Below are positions 19,357 to 28,746 of a stretch of DNA of 64,000 nt, in pieces. The translations under genes and the position numbers were made by a program. Source of the DNA: Spirochaetia bacterium (lineage in GTDB: Bacteria > Spirochaetota > Spirochaetia > SZUA-6 > Bin103); assembly GCA_965198005.1 (NCBI GenBank), contig CBDAOI010000004.1:512001-576000 (forward strand), given 5' to 3'. The notes under the pieces were generated by a model. That model searched no databases. It worked only from the letters and a program-made list of their open reading frames with translations, and was not told the DNA's origin. Each line of letters starts with the position of its first letter. The first letter of the stretch is position 1.

Positions 19357-20835
19357 TCAGCCCGTATCGCGGAGGATGCGTTGCGCGCGGGCGGCGAGCT
19401 CGGTGCGCAGGTGCTTGATCGGGCCGGCGGCGCCGGCGGGTGGCAGGGCGAAGTAGCGGGCAGGGTGCTTGAACCTGGTGAGCCGCTCGCCGAGGTGGCG
19501 GTCGAGGTCGGGCGGCGGCAGCGGACCTGACTGTACCGTGAGGAACGCCGCGGCCCGGCAGCCGAATTCCGCGTCGGGGATCGGCACGCACACCGCGGCC
19601 GTCACCGCGGGGTGCTCCAGCAGCGCCTGTTCCACCTCCTCGGGCTGGACGTTCTCGCCGCCGGAGATGAAGCGCGCGTCGCACCGCCCGGTGACCGTGA
19701 GCCGGTTGCCGTCCAGCCGGCCCAGGTCGCCGCTGGCGAACCAACCGCCGGCACCGGCGGCGGGCACGATCCGCCCCGCCTGCAGGTACCCGAGACACAG
19801 GGTGCGGCCGCCGAGCAGGATCTCGCCTTCCGCGCTGATGGAGACCCGGCGGTACGGCAGCACCGGGGCGCCGGCGTCGAACGTCTCGGCGGCCGCGGCC
19901 AGCGGGGAGGTGGCCACCTGCGAGGCCAGCTCGGTGCAGCCGTAGGTGGCGCACACCGGCAGGCCGGCTGCGCGCGCCCGGCGCAGCAGCGCCGGTGACA
20001 GCGCGTTGCCGCCGACCAGAACCGCGCGCAGGCGCCGGGTGAGCGCCGGCCGGCCGGGAAGCCGCAGCAGGCGCCGGAGCTGGGTCTCCACCAGTGAGAC
20101 GTGGGTGACGGACGGCAGCAGCCGCGCGGCCGGGTCGCCGGCGTCGCGGAAGGATCCGCCGCCGGCGATTACCGCGCAGGCGCCGGCGCTGAGCGTGCGA
20201 AACAGGATGCTGAGCCCGGCCACGTGGTGCCGCGGCAGCGCCACCAGCCAGGCGTCGGCCGCGTCCAGCGGGATGTTGGCGGCGGAGCCGGCGGCGTTGT
20301 ACAGGTGGTTGGCGGCGCTGTGCACCACCGCCTTGGGCGCGCCGGACGAACCCGAGGTGAACACCACCGTGGCCGGCCGGTTGAGCGGGACGCGGGCCGA
20401 GGCGGTCGAGGCGTCCGAGCCGCCGGCCGTACCGTCGGAGTCGGTCGTACGCGACCGGCGCGGGGGTGGCAGGTGCTCGAGCGGGACGGCGCCGGCCAGG
20501 GCCAGCAGGCGGTCGCGCTCGTGTGCGGTGGCGCGTGCCGGCGGCAGGACCGCGATCGCCCCCACGGCCATCAGCCCGAACAGCGAAGCCGCCCACTCCG
20601 CGGGGCTCTCGTCGCTGAGCGCGACCCGCGCGCCGGTGGTCACGCCGTGCGCGCGCAGCCGGGCGGCGGTGAGCGCGATCCGTTCGGCGTACTGCCGGTA
20701 GCTCAGCATGTGGTCCTCCCAGCGGAGGGCAGGGGCGTCCCCGAAGCGGGCCGCGACGCGTGCGAAGTCCAGGACTCCTCCGGGGGCTACGGACCGTAGC
20801 GGATCCGTGCCGGCAACGCACGGCGCCACGCTCAC
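19357..20835 (-). CDS. menE: O-succinylbenzoate-CoA ligase
   Basis: FTSGSSGAPKAV, TYGCTE, SGDLG, ISGGENVQPEEVE. GTGA overlap with menA. Confidence 0.9.
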   Translation of the reverse strand: MSVAPCVAGTDPLRSVAPGGVLDFARVAARFGDAPALRWEDHMLSYRQYAERIALTAARLRAHGVTTGARVALSDESPAEWAASLFGLMAVGAIAVLPPARATAHERDRLLALAGAVPLEHLPPPRRSRTTDSDGTAGGSDASTASARVPLNRPATVVFTSGSSGAPKAVVHSAANHLYNAAGSAANIPLDAADAWLVALPRHHVAGLSILFRTLSAGACAVIAGGGSFRDAGDPAARLLPSVTHVSLVETQLRRLLRLPGRPALTRRLRAVLVGGNALSPALLRRARAAGLPVCATYGCTELASQVATSPLAAAAETFDAGAPVLPYRRVSISAEGEILLGGRTLCLGYLQAGRIVPAAGAGGWFASGDLGRLDGNRLTVTGRCDARFISGGENVQPEEVEQALLEHPAVTAAVCVPIPDAEFGCRAAAFLTVQSGPLPPPDLDRHLGERLTRFKHPARYFALPPAGAAGPIKHLRTELAARAQRILRDTG

Positions 20836-21770
20836 GGCTGCCCGGCCGGAGCCAGCGCCGCGCTCAGTCCGGCCGCGGCCAGGAGCAGCAGCGCCTGGAT
20901 CAGGAGCAGCCGGGCGGTGCGCCCCAGCAGCGGGTTCAGTTCCCGGCCCGGCGCGGCGGCCAGCAGGCGCCGGACCAGCGGCACCGCCGGCAGCACTGCC
21001 AGCGCCGGCAGCAGGCCGAGCCCGCGGCGGACGCCGTTGGCGGAAGCGGCCAGCAGCAGCGGCGGCAGCAGCACCCCGGCGGCAACGGTCACCAGGTACT
21101 CGGCGCGCGTAAACCGCGCTCCCAGTCGCACGGCCAGAGTGCGTTTGCCGGCCAGCTCGTCGGTGCGGCGGTCGCGCAGGTTGTTCACCACCAGAATTGC
21201 GGTGGCCAGCAACCCGGGGCCGAGACCGACGGCGGGCACCAGCGGCGGCAGCGCCAGCGCCTGCAGGTAATAGGTACACCCCACCGCGACCGGTCCGAAG
21301 AACAGCAGCACCAACGGGTCGCCGAGTCCGCGGTAGCCGAGCGCCAGCGGCCGGCCGGTGTAGCCGACCGCGGCCACGATCGAGGCTACCAGCACCACCG
21401 CCAGCGGCCAGCCGCCGCGCACCACGCCGGCCACGGCGAGCGCGGCCGCGGCGCCGAACGTCAGCGTTGCGGCCACCAGCACCTGCCGGGCGGGAATCAA
21501 CCCGGCCTGGGTGACCCGCGTCGGCCCCACGCGCGCCGCGGTATCGGCGCCGTGGCGGGCGTCGGCCCAGTCGTTGTGCAGATTGGTGCCGATCTGGATC
21601 AACAGCGCGGTGCCGAGCGCGACCAGGGCCCACAGCGGCATGGCAACGCCATGCCACAGCGCCAGTGCGCTTCCGGTCACTACCGGCGCCACCGCCGCCC
21701 ACAGCGTACGGGGCCGGATCGCCAGCCACCAGCGGCCGGCCGCGCCGCCTCGGGAGGCCAGGGGTCGCAC
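20832..21770 (-). CDS. menA: 1,4-dihydroxy-2-naphthoate polyprenyltransferase
   Basis: RPRTL, QIGTNLHNDW, GPTRVTQAG, NNLRDRRTD, GKRTLAVRLG. Confidence 0.95.
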   Translation of the reverse strand: MRPLASRGGAAGRWWLAIRPRTLWAAVAPVVTGSALALWHGVAMPLWALVALGTALLIQIGTNLHNDWADARHGADTAARVGPTRVTQAGLIPARQVLVAATLTFGAAAALAVAGVVRGGWPLAVVLVASIVAAVGYTGRPLALGYRGLGDPLVLLFFGPVAVGCTYYLQALALPPLVPAVGLGPGLLATAILVVNNLRDRRTDELAGKRTLAVRLGARFTRAEYLVTVAAGVLLPPLLLAASANGVRRGLGLLPALAVLPAVPLVRRLLAAAPGRELNPLLGRTARLLLIQALLLLAAAGLSAALAPAGQP

Positions 21771-21788
21771 GTCCGCGCCGTCCCCGCT

Positions 21789-22619
21789 CTAAGAGTGGCG
21801 CGGAAACCGGCTGAAGTCGGGCGGCCGCTTGTCGACGAACGAGTTGCGCCCCTCCTGCGCCTCCGGCGTCTGGTAGAACAGCATGGTGGCCGAGCCGGCC
21901 AGTTCCTGCAGGCCCGCCTGGCCGTCGCAGTCGGCGTTCATGGCGGCCTTGAGGCAGCGCAGCGCGGTGGGCGAGTGCTCCAGCATCCGCCGGCACCACC
22001 GCACCGTCTCGCGTTCCAGGTCGGCCAGCGGCACCACGGTGTTCACCAGACCCATGGCGAGCGCCTCGCGGGCGTCGTACTGGCGGCACAGGAACCAGAT
22101 CTCGCGCGCTTTCTTCTGGCCCACGATCCGCGCCAGATAGCTCGATCCGTAACCGCCGTCGAACGAGCCGACCCGGGGTCCGGTCTGGCCGAAGATGGCG
22201 TTGTCGGCGGCGATGGTCAGGTCGCACATCACGTGCAGGACGTGGCCGCCGCCGATTGCGTACCCCGCCACCATCGCCACGATCGGCTTGGGGCAGGTCC
22301 TGATCTGGCGCTGGAACTCCAGCACGTTGAGCCGGTCGTCGCCGGCGGCGTCACGGTAGCCGGCATCGCCCCGGATCTTCTGGTCGCCCCCGGAGCAGAA
22401 CGCTTTCTCGCCCATGCCGGTGAGGATCACGACTCCGATCGCGTGATCCCGGCGCGCATCGTCGAGCGCGCGCATCATCTCCTCGACCGTAAGCGGGCGG
22501 AACGCGTTCCGGCGCTCCGGCCGGTTGATCGTGATCTTGGCGATGCCGTCGGTCTTGGCGTACAGAATGTCCTGGTACTCGCCCGCCGCCCGCCAAGTCG
22601 TTTCTTCCATAATATCCAT
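21789..22619 (-). CDS. menB: 1,4-dihydroxy-2-naphthoyl-CoA synthase
   Basis: [35 protein letters not shown]. Confidence 0.97.
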   Translation of the reverse strand: MDIMEETTWRAAGEYQDILYAKTDGIAKITINRPERRNAFRPLTVEEMMRALDDARRDHAIGVVILTGMGEKAFCSGGDQKIRGDAGYRDAAGDDRLNVLEFQRQIRTCPKPIVAMVAGYAIGGGHVLHVMCDLTIAADNAIFGQTGPRVGSFDGGYGSSYLARIVGQKKAREIWFLCRQYDAREALAMGLVNTVVPLADLERETVRWCRRMLEHSPTALRCLKAAMNADCDGQAGLQELAGSATMLFYQTPEAQEGRNSFVDKRPPDFSRFPRHS

Positions 22620-22666
22620 AATACCGGTGCTCCTCGCGGCCAATGTGCCGCGCCCCCGCATTCCGT

Positions 22667-23467
22667 TCAACGGTTGCGCACTGCGGGAGCGCCCGGACGG
22701 CCGGCGAACCCCCGGATCAATGCCGCCACCGCGGCCGGCTGCTCCAGGTGCACCGCGTGCCCGGCGGCGGGACAGACGGCGGTACGCCACGGCCCGCCGA
22801 GCGCGGCGATGCGCGCCCCGACCGCGCGGTACTTGTCGTCTTCGGCGCCGGCAATGAACAGGGCCGGGATCGGGAGCCGCGGCAGGGCGGACCAGAGCGA
22901 CGGCTGCACCGCGACGCTGAGCCCGCGCAGCGCCGCGGCCAGGTGGACGGGAGGTTGCCGCCGCCGGCGCCGAAGCAACGCTGGAAACGACGGATGGGCG
23001 CGCAGGGTAGCAAACAGCGGCACCGCGTACCAGCGGTCCAGCCAGGCGCCGAAGGCCGCGCCGTCCGCGCATTCCAGTTGGCGGGCAAGCACGGCGTCGC
23101 GGGCGCGGCGACGGCTGCGCGTGGCGCTGTCGTCGATGCCGGGATCGGCGCCGAGCAGCACCAGGCCGCCGGCGGCCGGCGCATGGCGCAGGGCCGTGTA
23201 CAGGGCCACCCGGCCGCCCATCGAGTAGCCCACCAGAATCGGAGGAGGGGGCCCGAGCGCCGCGCAGGCGGCGGCCAGGCGGCGGGCGGTGGCCGGAAAC
23301 CAGTGCGCCGCCCGGTCGTCAGCCGCGGCCGCGGGCGGGCACGGGCAGGTGCCGTGGCCGGGCAGCTCGAAGGCGGCGGTGGGCGCCGGCGCGAGGGCGC
23401 GGCGCAGCGGGGACCAATCTTCCGGGTCACCCAGGAAGCCGTGCACGAACAGCAGCGGCCGGGTCAT
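22667..23467 (-). CDS. menH: SHCHC synthase (alpha/beta hydrolase)
   Basis: [21 protein letters not shown]. Lies between menD and menB. Confidence 0.92.
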   Translation of the reverse strand: MTRPLLFVHGFLGDPEDWSPLRRALAPAPTAAFELPGHGTCPCPPAAAADDRAAHWFPATARRLAAACAALGPPPPILVGYSMGGRVALYTALRHAPAAGGLVLLGADPGIDDSATRSRRRARDAVLARQLECADGAAFGAWLDRWYAVPLFATLRAHPSFPALLRRRRRQPPVHLAAALRGLSVAVQPSLWSALPRLPIPALFIAGAEDDKYRAVGARIAALGGPWRTAVCPAAGHAVHLEQPAAVAALIRGFAGRPGAPAVRNR

Positions 23468-25248
23468 GCGGCGCCGATCGCGGCGTCCACCAGACGGCGC
23501 AGCCGGGCGTGCAGCGCCGCGTTGGCGGCGCGCTCGGTGCGCACCTCCACCAGAGTGCTCGCGCCGCGCCGGGCGCCGGTCACGGCCGCGGCCAGCGCAT
23601 CCTCCAACGCGTGTGGTGTGGCCGGCTGCGCATAGCTCATCCCGAACGCCGCGGCCACCGGCTCGAACGCGACCTGGTGCGGCGTGCCGAAGTATCGCTC
23701 GAACAGCTCCGGGAACCCCGGCGCGTCCACCTGCGCCAGCGGCAGCAGCGAGAAGATCCCGCCGCCGCGGTTGTTCACCACCACGATCACGATCCCGCAC
23801 TGCAGTTCCGGGAGCTGGCTGAGCGAGGGCAGGTCGTGCAGCAGGGAGAGGTCGCCGAGCAGCGCGATCACCGGCCGCTTCAGCCCGGCGGCGAGGCCCG
23901 CGGCGCTGGCCACGGCGCCGTCGATGCCGCTCGCGCCGCGGTTGGCGCCGACCACCACGTCCCGGGCCAGGGGGGTCGCGAACGTGTCCAGGTCACGAAC
24001 CGGCATGCTGCTCGCCACGAACAGCCCGCACGCCACCGGTGCGGCGGCGCTGGCGGCTGCGGCAACCATGCGGGCCACCACCGGCTCCGCCAGCCGCTCC
24101 TGGCCGGCAGCCCACGCCTCCACCGCGGCGCAGGCGCGCCGTGCCGCCGCCGCCACCGCCGGCTGATGGCCGGTGGCGGAGCCGGCCGCGAGCCGCGCCA
24201 GCAGTCCGCGGGCGACGATCTCCGGTTCCGCGACCAAGCGCAGGGCGACGGAGTGGGTGGGGTCGAGCCGGCGCGGCCCGGACGCGATCTGGGCCAGCCG
24301 GGGAGCGGTTTCCTCGATCAGGGTCAGGTATCCCTTGGCCACCACGGGGGCCCCGAACTGCAGCACGACGTCGGGATTGAGCAACGCCCGGCCGGGCGCG
24401 CTCTGCAGCAAGAGCTGCAGGCCCGGGGTTCCGTGCGCGCCGCCGGCGCAGTCGCCGAGCAACGGCCAGTGCAGGTGGGCTGCCAGCGCCTCGAGCGCGG
24501 CCGCGGCGGTGCGCGGCAGGCGGCCGGCGACCAGCAGTCCGCGCCGGCCTTCCGCCGCCAGCGCGGCAATCGCGGCGCTCGCGGCGTGGCCGGCGGCGCC
24601 GTCCCCGGCAGGAGGAGCGGTGCGGTGGTAGGTGGTGAAGGGCGCGCCGCCCGCCGCCCAGCGTGCGCCCAGCGCGCCGCGCACCGGCACCTCCGGCACC
24701 GGCGTCGGCTCCAGCGGTTCCGCGAACGGACAGTTGAGATGCACCGGGCCGGCCGGCGGCGCCGTGGCGCGGAACACCGCCTGATCGATCGTGGTGAGCA
24801 CCACGCGCGGGTCGATGCGCGGCGTGGGCACGGGCAGCTCCGCGTCCCAGCGGACATGGCCGCCGAAGAGGCCGCGCTGCCGAATGGTCTGGTTGGCGCC
24901 GGCGTCGTGCAGCTCCGGCGCGCGGTCGGCGGTGAGCACCACCAGCGGCACGTCGCTCAGCGCCGCCTCGACCACCGCCGGCAGGAAGTTGGCCACCGCG
25001 GTGCCGGACGTGCACACCAGCGCCGCGGGCGTCCCCGTGGCGCGCGCATAGCCGACGGCGTGAAACGCGGCGCCCCGTTCCTCCAGGCAGACGCGGGCGG
25101 TCACCCGCGGATGGCGCGCCGCCGCCACCACCAGCGGCGTGGAGCGCGAGCCCGGCGCAATCACGAAATAGCGGCAGCCGGTCCTGGTCAGCTCTTCGAC
25201 GACGAGCTGCGCCCAGTGCGTGTTGGTGCCGTGGCTCTCCTCGAGCAC
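23464..25248 (-). CDS. menD: SEPHCHC synthase (TPP-dependent)
   Basis: PGSRSTPL, CTSGTAVAN, NRGASGIDG, GDLSLLHD, NNRGGGIF. Confidence 0.95.
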   Translation of the reverse strand: MLEESHGTNTHWAQLVVEELTRTGCRYFVIAPGSRSTPLVVAAARHPRVTARVCLEERGAAFHAVGYARATGTPAALVCTSGTAVANFLPAVVEAALSDVPLVVLTADRAPELHDAGANQTIRQRGLFGGHVRWDAELPVPTPRIDPRVVLTTIDQAVFRATAPPAGPVHLNCPFAEPLEPTPVPEVPVRGALGARWAAGGAPFTTYHRTAPPAGDGAAGHAASAAIAALAAEGRRGLLVAGRLPRTAAAALEALAAHLHWPLLGDCAGGAHGTPGLQLLLQSAPGRALLNPDVVLQFGAPVVAKGYLTLIEETAPRLAQIASGPRRLDPTHSVALRLVAEPEIVARGLLARLAAGSATGHQPAVAAAARRACAAVEAWAAGQERLAEPVVARMVAAAASAAAPVACGLFVASSMPVRDLDTFATPLARDVVVGANRGASGIDGAVASAAGLAAGLKRPVIALLGDLSLLHDLPSLSQLPELQCGIVIVVVNNRGGGIFSLLPLAQVDAPGFPELFERYFGTPHQVAFEPVAAAFGMSYAQPATPHALEDALAAAVTGARRGASTLVEVRTERAANAALHARLRRLVDAAIGAA

Positions 25249-25271
25249 GGTGCCGGCTCCGCCTCTCCGGC

Positions 25272-26780
25272 TCAGACCACGTCCAGAATCTGGCGGATCT
25301 TGTGCTCCATTTCGGCCCATTCGGCATCGGCGATCGAGCCCCGCACGATCCCGTCGCCGGCGTACAGATGGAGCGTGTCGCCATGGGCGACCCCGGAGCG
25401 AATGCCCACGGCGAACTCGGCCGCGTCGGCGCCCAGCCAGCCCACCGGACCGGCGTACCAGCCGCGGTCGAACGCCTCGATGGACGCGATCAACTCCGCC
25501 GCGCCGTGCTTCGGGTAGCCGCCGACCGCAGGGGTCGGATGGAGCTGTTCCAGGACGTCCGCCACGCCAACCTCGGGCCGCAGAGTGCCGCTGAAGGTGG
25601 TGTGCAGATGTTGGACATGCGCGAGCTTGCGGATCGTCACCGTATCCTGGGTGTCGACCCGGGTGCAGAGGCGGCGCAGGCTGCGGTCGATGCCGGTGTG
25701 CACCAGCCAGTGTTCGCGCAGCTCCTTGTCGGAGCGCAGCAGCTCCCGCTCCAAGCGCGCGTCCGCGGCGGCGCCGTCTCCGCGCGGCCGCGTGCCCGCC
25801 ATCGCCTCGGTCTCCACCGTGTTGCCGGCGATGCGCAGCAGGCGTTCGGGCGTGGCGCCGAAGAAGCTCACGCCGGCGGCCGGTTGCAGCACGAAGTGAA
25901 AGGCTTCGGGATTGATCACGCGCAGGCGGTGCAGCAGGGTAAGCGCGCATACCGGAGTGCGGTAGTGCAGAGTGGTGCGCCGCGCGAGCACGATCTTCTC
26001 CAGCGGCCGGCCCACCCCGATCCCGCCGCGGCCGATCCCGTTGCTGCCGTTGTGCCCAGCGCGCTCGTGCCGGCTCCGGTCGAAGCGGCACAGCAGGTCC
26101 GCTACCAGCCGGCGCCAGCGCGGCAGCTCGGGCACGTGCGTACCGGGGCCCACCGGCGTGAGCCGCGCGTCTGCGGGGGCGTCGGCGTCGCCGTCCAGGG
26201 CCGGCCGGCACCGGTGGGCAAAGTCGCCGAGCGCCGGCCCGAGCCGGTCGCGTTCCCGGTGCCGGAAGTTGCAGGCCAACCAGGTGCCCGCCGCGGTGCG
26301 GACCAGCTCGAGACGCGGCAGGATGAAGCGGTAGGCGCCGAACTGTTCCCACGGTGGTTCGGGCGAACGGGCCGCGGCCGGCGCCGCGAACGCGAAACCG
26401 CCGTACACCCGCTGGCGCCGGTTGCCGATCAGGCGTCGGACCGCGGCGCACACCTCCGCAAACGAGGCCCCGGACGGCCCGTCCACGACCGCGACGCTGC
26501 CGACGCCGGCGCTCTCCAGCGTCCCGGCGCGATCCCGCCAGTAGTTGTGCTGCGCCGTCAGCCGCGCGCCGGTGCGGGCGAGGTGGCGCAGGAAGGAAAG
26601 CGGATCGGTGCCGCGTAGCGGCAGCTCGGCGCGCCAGCAGGCGGCTTCGGTGTCCGGTTCGTAGAGCTGCCAGGGGCCGGGGTGCAGCGCCTCGAGCGCC
26701 GCGCCCACGCCGGCCGGCGGCGGCCTGGTGGCGGTGGAGGATGCGGTCGGGGACGCGCTCGAGACCGGTGATCGGCGCAC
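25272..26780 (-). CDS. menF: Isochorismate synthase
   Basis: KIVLAR, GATPERL, AMAGT, KELREH, LHPTPAVGG, RGWYAG. Confidence 0.93.
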   Translation of the reverse strand: MRRSPVSSASPTASSTATRPPPAGVGAALEALHPGPWQLYEPDTEAACWRAELPLRGTDPLSFLRHLARTGARLTAQHNYWRDRAGTLESAGVGSVAVVDGPSGASFAEVCAAVRRLIGNRRQRVYGGFAFAAPAAARSPEPPWEQFGAYRFILPRLELVRTAAGTWLACNFRHRERDRLGPALGDFAHRCRPALDGDADAPADARLTPVGPGTHVPELPRWRRLVADLLCRFDRSRHERAGHNGSNGIGRGGIGVGRPLEKIVLARRTTLHYRTPVCALTLLHRLRVINPEAFHFVLQPAAGVSFFGATPERLLRIAGNTVETEAMAGTRPRGDGAAADARLERELLRSDKELREHWLVHTGIDRSLRRLCTRVDTQDTVTIRKLAHVQHLHTTFSGTLRPEVGVADVLEQLHPTPAVGGYPKHGAAELIASIEAFDRGWYAGPVGWLGADAAEFAVGIRSGVAHGDTLHLYAGDGIVRGSIADAEWAEMEHKIRQILDVV

Positions 26781-26786
26781 GTTCGT

Positions 26787-27533
26787 TCAGCCCGGCTTGT
26801 GCGCCCGGTAGATGGCGGCGATCCCGAACGTCAACGCCAGATGGCTCGGACGCCGGAACCCGGTCTCGGTGAGCAGGCGGGTGAATTCGCCGCGACTCGG
26901 AAACGATTCGACCGAACGATTCAGGTAGCGGTAGGCGGCGGCGCTACCGGAGATCAGGCCCCCGACCAGCGGCAGCACGTGGCGGAAGTAGAACAGATAC
27001 GCCGCGCGCACGAGCGACTGCTGCGGCAGCGAGAACTCCAGGATCGTCACCGTCCCGCCCGGCCGCAGCACGCGGTACATCTCGGCCAGCGCGAGGCGAT
27101 AGTCGGCCACGTTGCGGATGCCGAACGCGATGGTCACCGCGTCTACGCTGGCGGCCGGTGCCGGCAGCGCCAGCGCGTCGCCGTGACATAGCCGGATGGC
27201 GCCGCGCACGCCACGCCGCACCGCCTTGGCTCGGCCGCGCTCCAGCATCTCGGTGGCAATGTCCACCCCCGTTACCCGGACGCGGGGGTCGAGGGCGGCC
27301 AGCATCAGCGGCAGGTCCGCGGTTCCGGTTGCGATATCGAGAATGGTCTGAGGCTGATGTGCCAGTACCAATTGTGCCGTCAATTTCCGCCACCGCTGAT
27401 CGCGCTGCAGCGAGAGCACGCGATTGAGGGTGTCGTACCGCCGGGCGATTCGGTTGAACATCGCGCCGATCTGATCCGCGGCGCGCGTCCGCACCAGGGT
27501 TGGCACACCCGCGGTGCCCGCGATCGGAGCCAT
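26787..27533 (-). CDS. menG: Demethylmenaquinone methyltransferase (UbiE/MenG)
   Basis: MFNRIARRYD, LDIATGTAD, AFGIRNV, AYRYLNRSV. Confidence 0.95.
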   Translation of the reverse strand: MAPIAGTAGVPTLVRTRAADQIGAMFNRIARRYDTLNRVLSLQRDQRWRKLTAQLVLAHQPQTILDIATGTADLPLMLAALDPRVRVTGVDIATEMLERGRAKAVRRGVRGAIRLCHGDALALPAPAASVDAVTIAFGIRNVADYRLALAEMYRVLRPGGTVTILEFSLPQQSLVRAAYLFYFRHVLPLVGGLISGSAAAYRYLNRSVESFPSRGEFTRLLTETGFRRPSHLALTFGIAAIYRAHKPG

Positions 27534-27541
27534 TGTGTAAG

Positions 27542-27570
27542 AATTTACGGCTTCGGTGGGCGTTGTGCAA
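27542..27570 (-). promoter_or_regulatory. Sigma70-type promoter for the men operon (probably near-leaderless)
   Basis: TTGCAC-17 nt-TAAATT, 8 nt before the menG ATG. No Shine-Dalgarno. Confidence 0.6.
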
Positions 27571-28741
27571 CCTGCTCAGGATCTTCGGAGGATCCTCGGG
27601 GATCCGCGGGATCTTCGCGATCCTCGGCGAGCGGCACGACCGCCGCGCGCGGGTCGAAGCGTACCGTTACGGCCGAGCCGGCGGCGGGCAGACTGCGCCC
27701 GCCCGGGACCGGGACCTGCAGGCCGGTGGTGCCCACCAGTACGGTGGCAAGGGCGGTGAGGCCGCGGAACGAGGTGTCCCGCAGCGTGCCGTGCAGGGTG
27801 AGGTGGGTGCGGCCGGTGTGAGGGACGGCTCGGTCGCGAGCGCCGGTGGGTGACTCCGGCCCGGCCAGATCGATCCGTTCCGGCCGGATCAGGACCGTTC
27901 CGCGCGCGCCGGGTGGAGCGGGATGGTCGTAAGGCAAAGCTCCGATCGCGGTTTCCAGGGTACGCTCCTGCCCGGCGCCGCGCACCGTGCCGTGCAGGAT
28001 GTTGGCGCGGCCCAGGAAGCGGGCCACGAACACGCTGGCGGGGCGCTCGTACAGGGCGCGCGGCGCGCCGACCTGGGCGACCCGGCCGGCGCGCATCACC
28101 GCCACCCGGTCGGCCACCGCCAGCGCCTCTTCCAGATCGTGGGTGACGAACAGCGCCGTCTGCCGCAGCCGCCGCAGGATGCGCGGCAGGTCGACCAGGA
28201 GCTGTTCCCGCAGCGGCCGGTCGAGGCCGGCCAGCGGTTCGTCCAGCATCAGCAGGCGCGGGCGCGGCGCCAGCGCGCGGGCCAGCGCCACCCGTTGCGC
28301 CTCGCCGCCGGAGAGGGCGTCCACCGGCCGCCGGCTGAGGCCGCTCAACTCCACCAGCTCCAGCAGCTCCGCCACCCGCCGGGTGCGTTCGGCCGCACTC
28401 CAGGCCTGCATCCGCAGCCCGAAGGCGACGTTGCGCGCCACGTCCAGGTGCGGAAACAGCGCCTGGTCCTGAAACACCAGTCCGAAGCCGCGCCGGTGGG
28501 AGGGCACCCCCGCCACCGACTGTCCCTGCCAGCGCACGTCGCCGGTGTGCGGCTGCAGCCCGGCAATTACCCGCAGCAGGGTGGTCTTGCCGCACCCGCT
28601 GGGCCCGAGCAGGGCGACGATCTCGCCGGGCCGGGCGGTCAGCGACACGTCGGCCAGCACCGTGCCGCCGCCCAGTTGCACGGCCACCCGCTGCACCTCC
28701 AGCGCGTCGCCGGCGCCGGTCATGGCCGTCACGGCGGTCAT
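27545..28741 (-). CDS. Thiamine ABC transporter ATP-binding protein (ThiQ-like)
   Basis: GPSGCGKT, LSGGEAQR, MLDEP. Third gene after a TPP riboswitch. Confidence 0.88.
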   Translation of the reverse strand: MTAVTAMTGAGDALEVQRVAVQLGGGTVLADVSLTARPGEIVALLGPSGCGKTTLLRVIAGLQPHTGDVRWQGQSVAGVPSHRRGFGLVFQDQALFPHLDVARNVAFGLRMQAWSAAERTRRVAELLELVELSGLSRRPVDALSGGEAQRVALARALAPRPRLLMLDEPLAGLDRPLREQLLVDLPRILRRLRQTALFVTHDLEEALAVADRVAVMRAGRVAQVGAPRALYERPASVFVARFLGRANILHGTVRGAGQERTLETAIGALPYDHPAPPGARGTVLIRPERIDLAGPESPTGARDRAVPHTGRTHLTLHGTLRDTSFRGLTALATVLVGTTGLQVPVPGGRSLPAAGSAVTVRFDPRAAVVPLAEDREDPADPRGSSEDPEQVAQRPPKP

Positions 28742-28746
28742 GGCGG

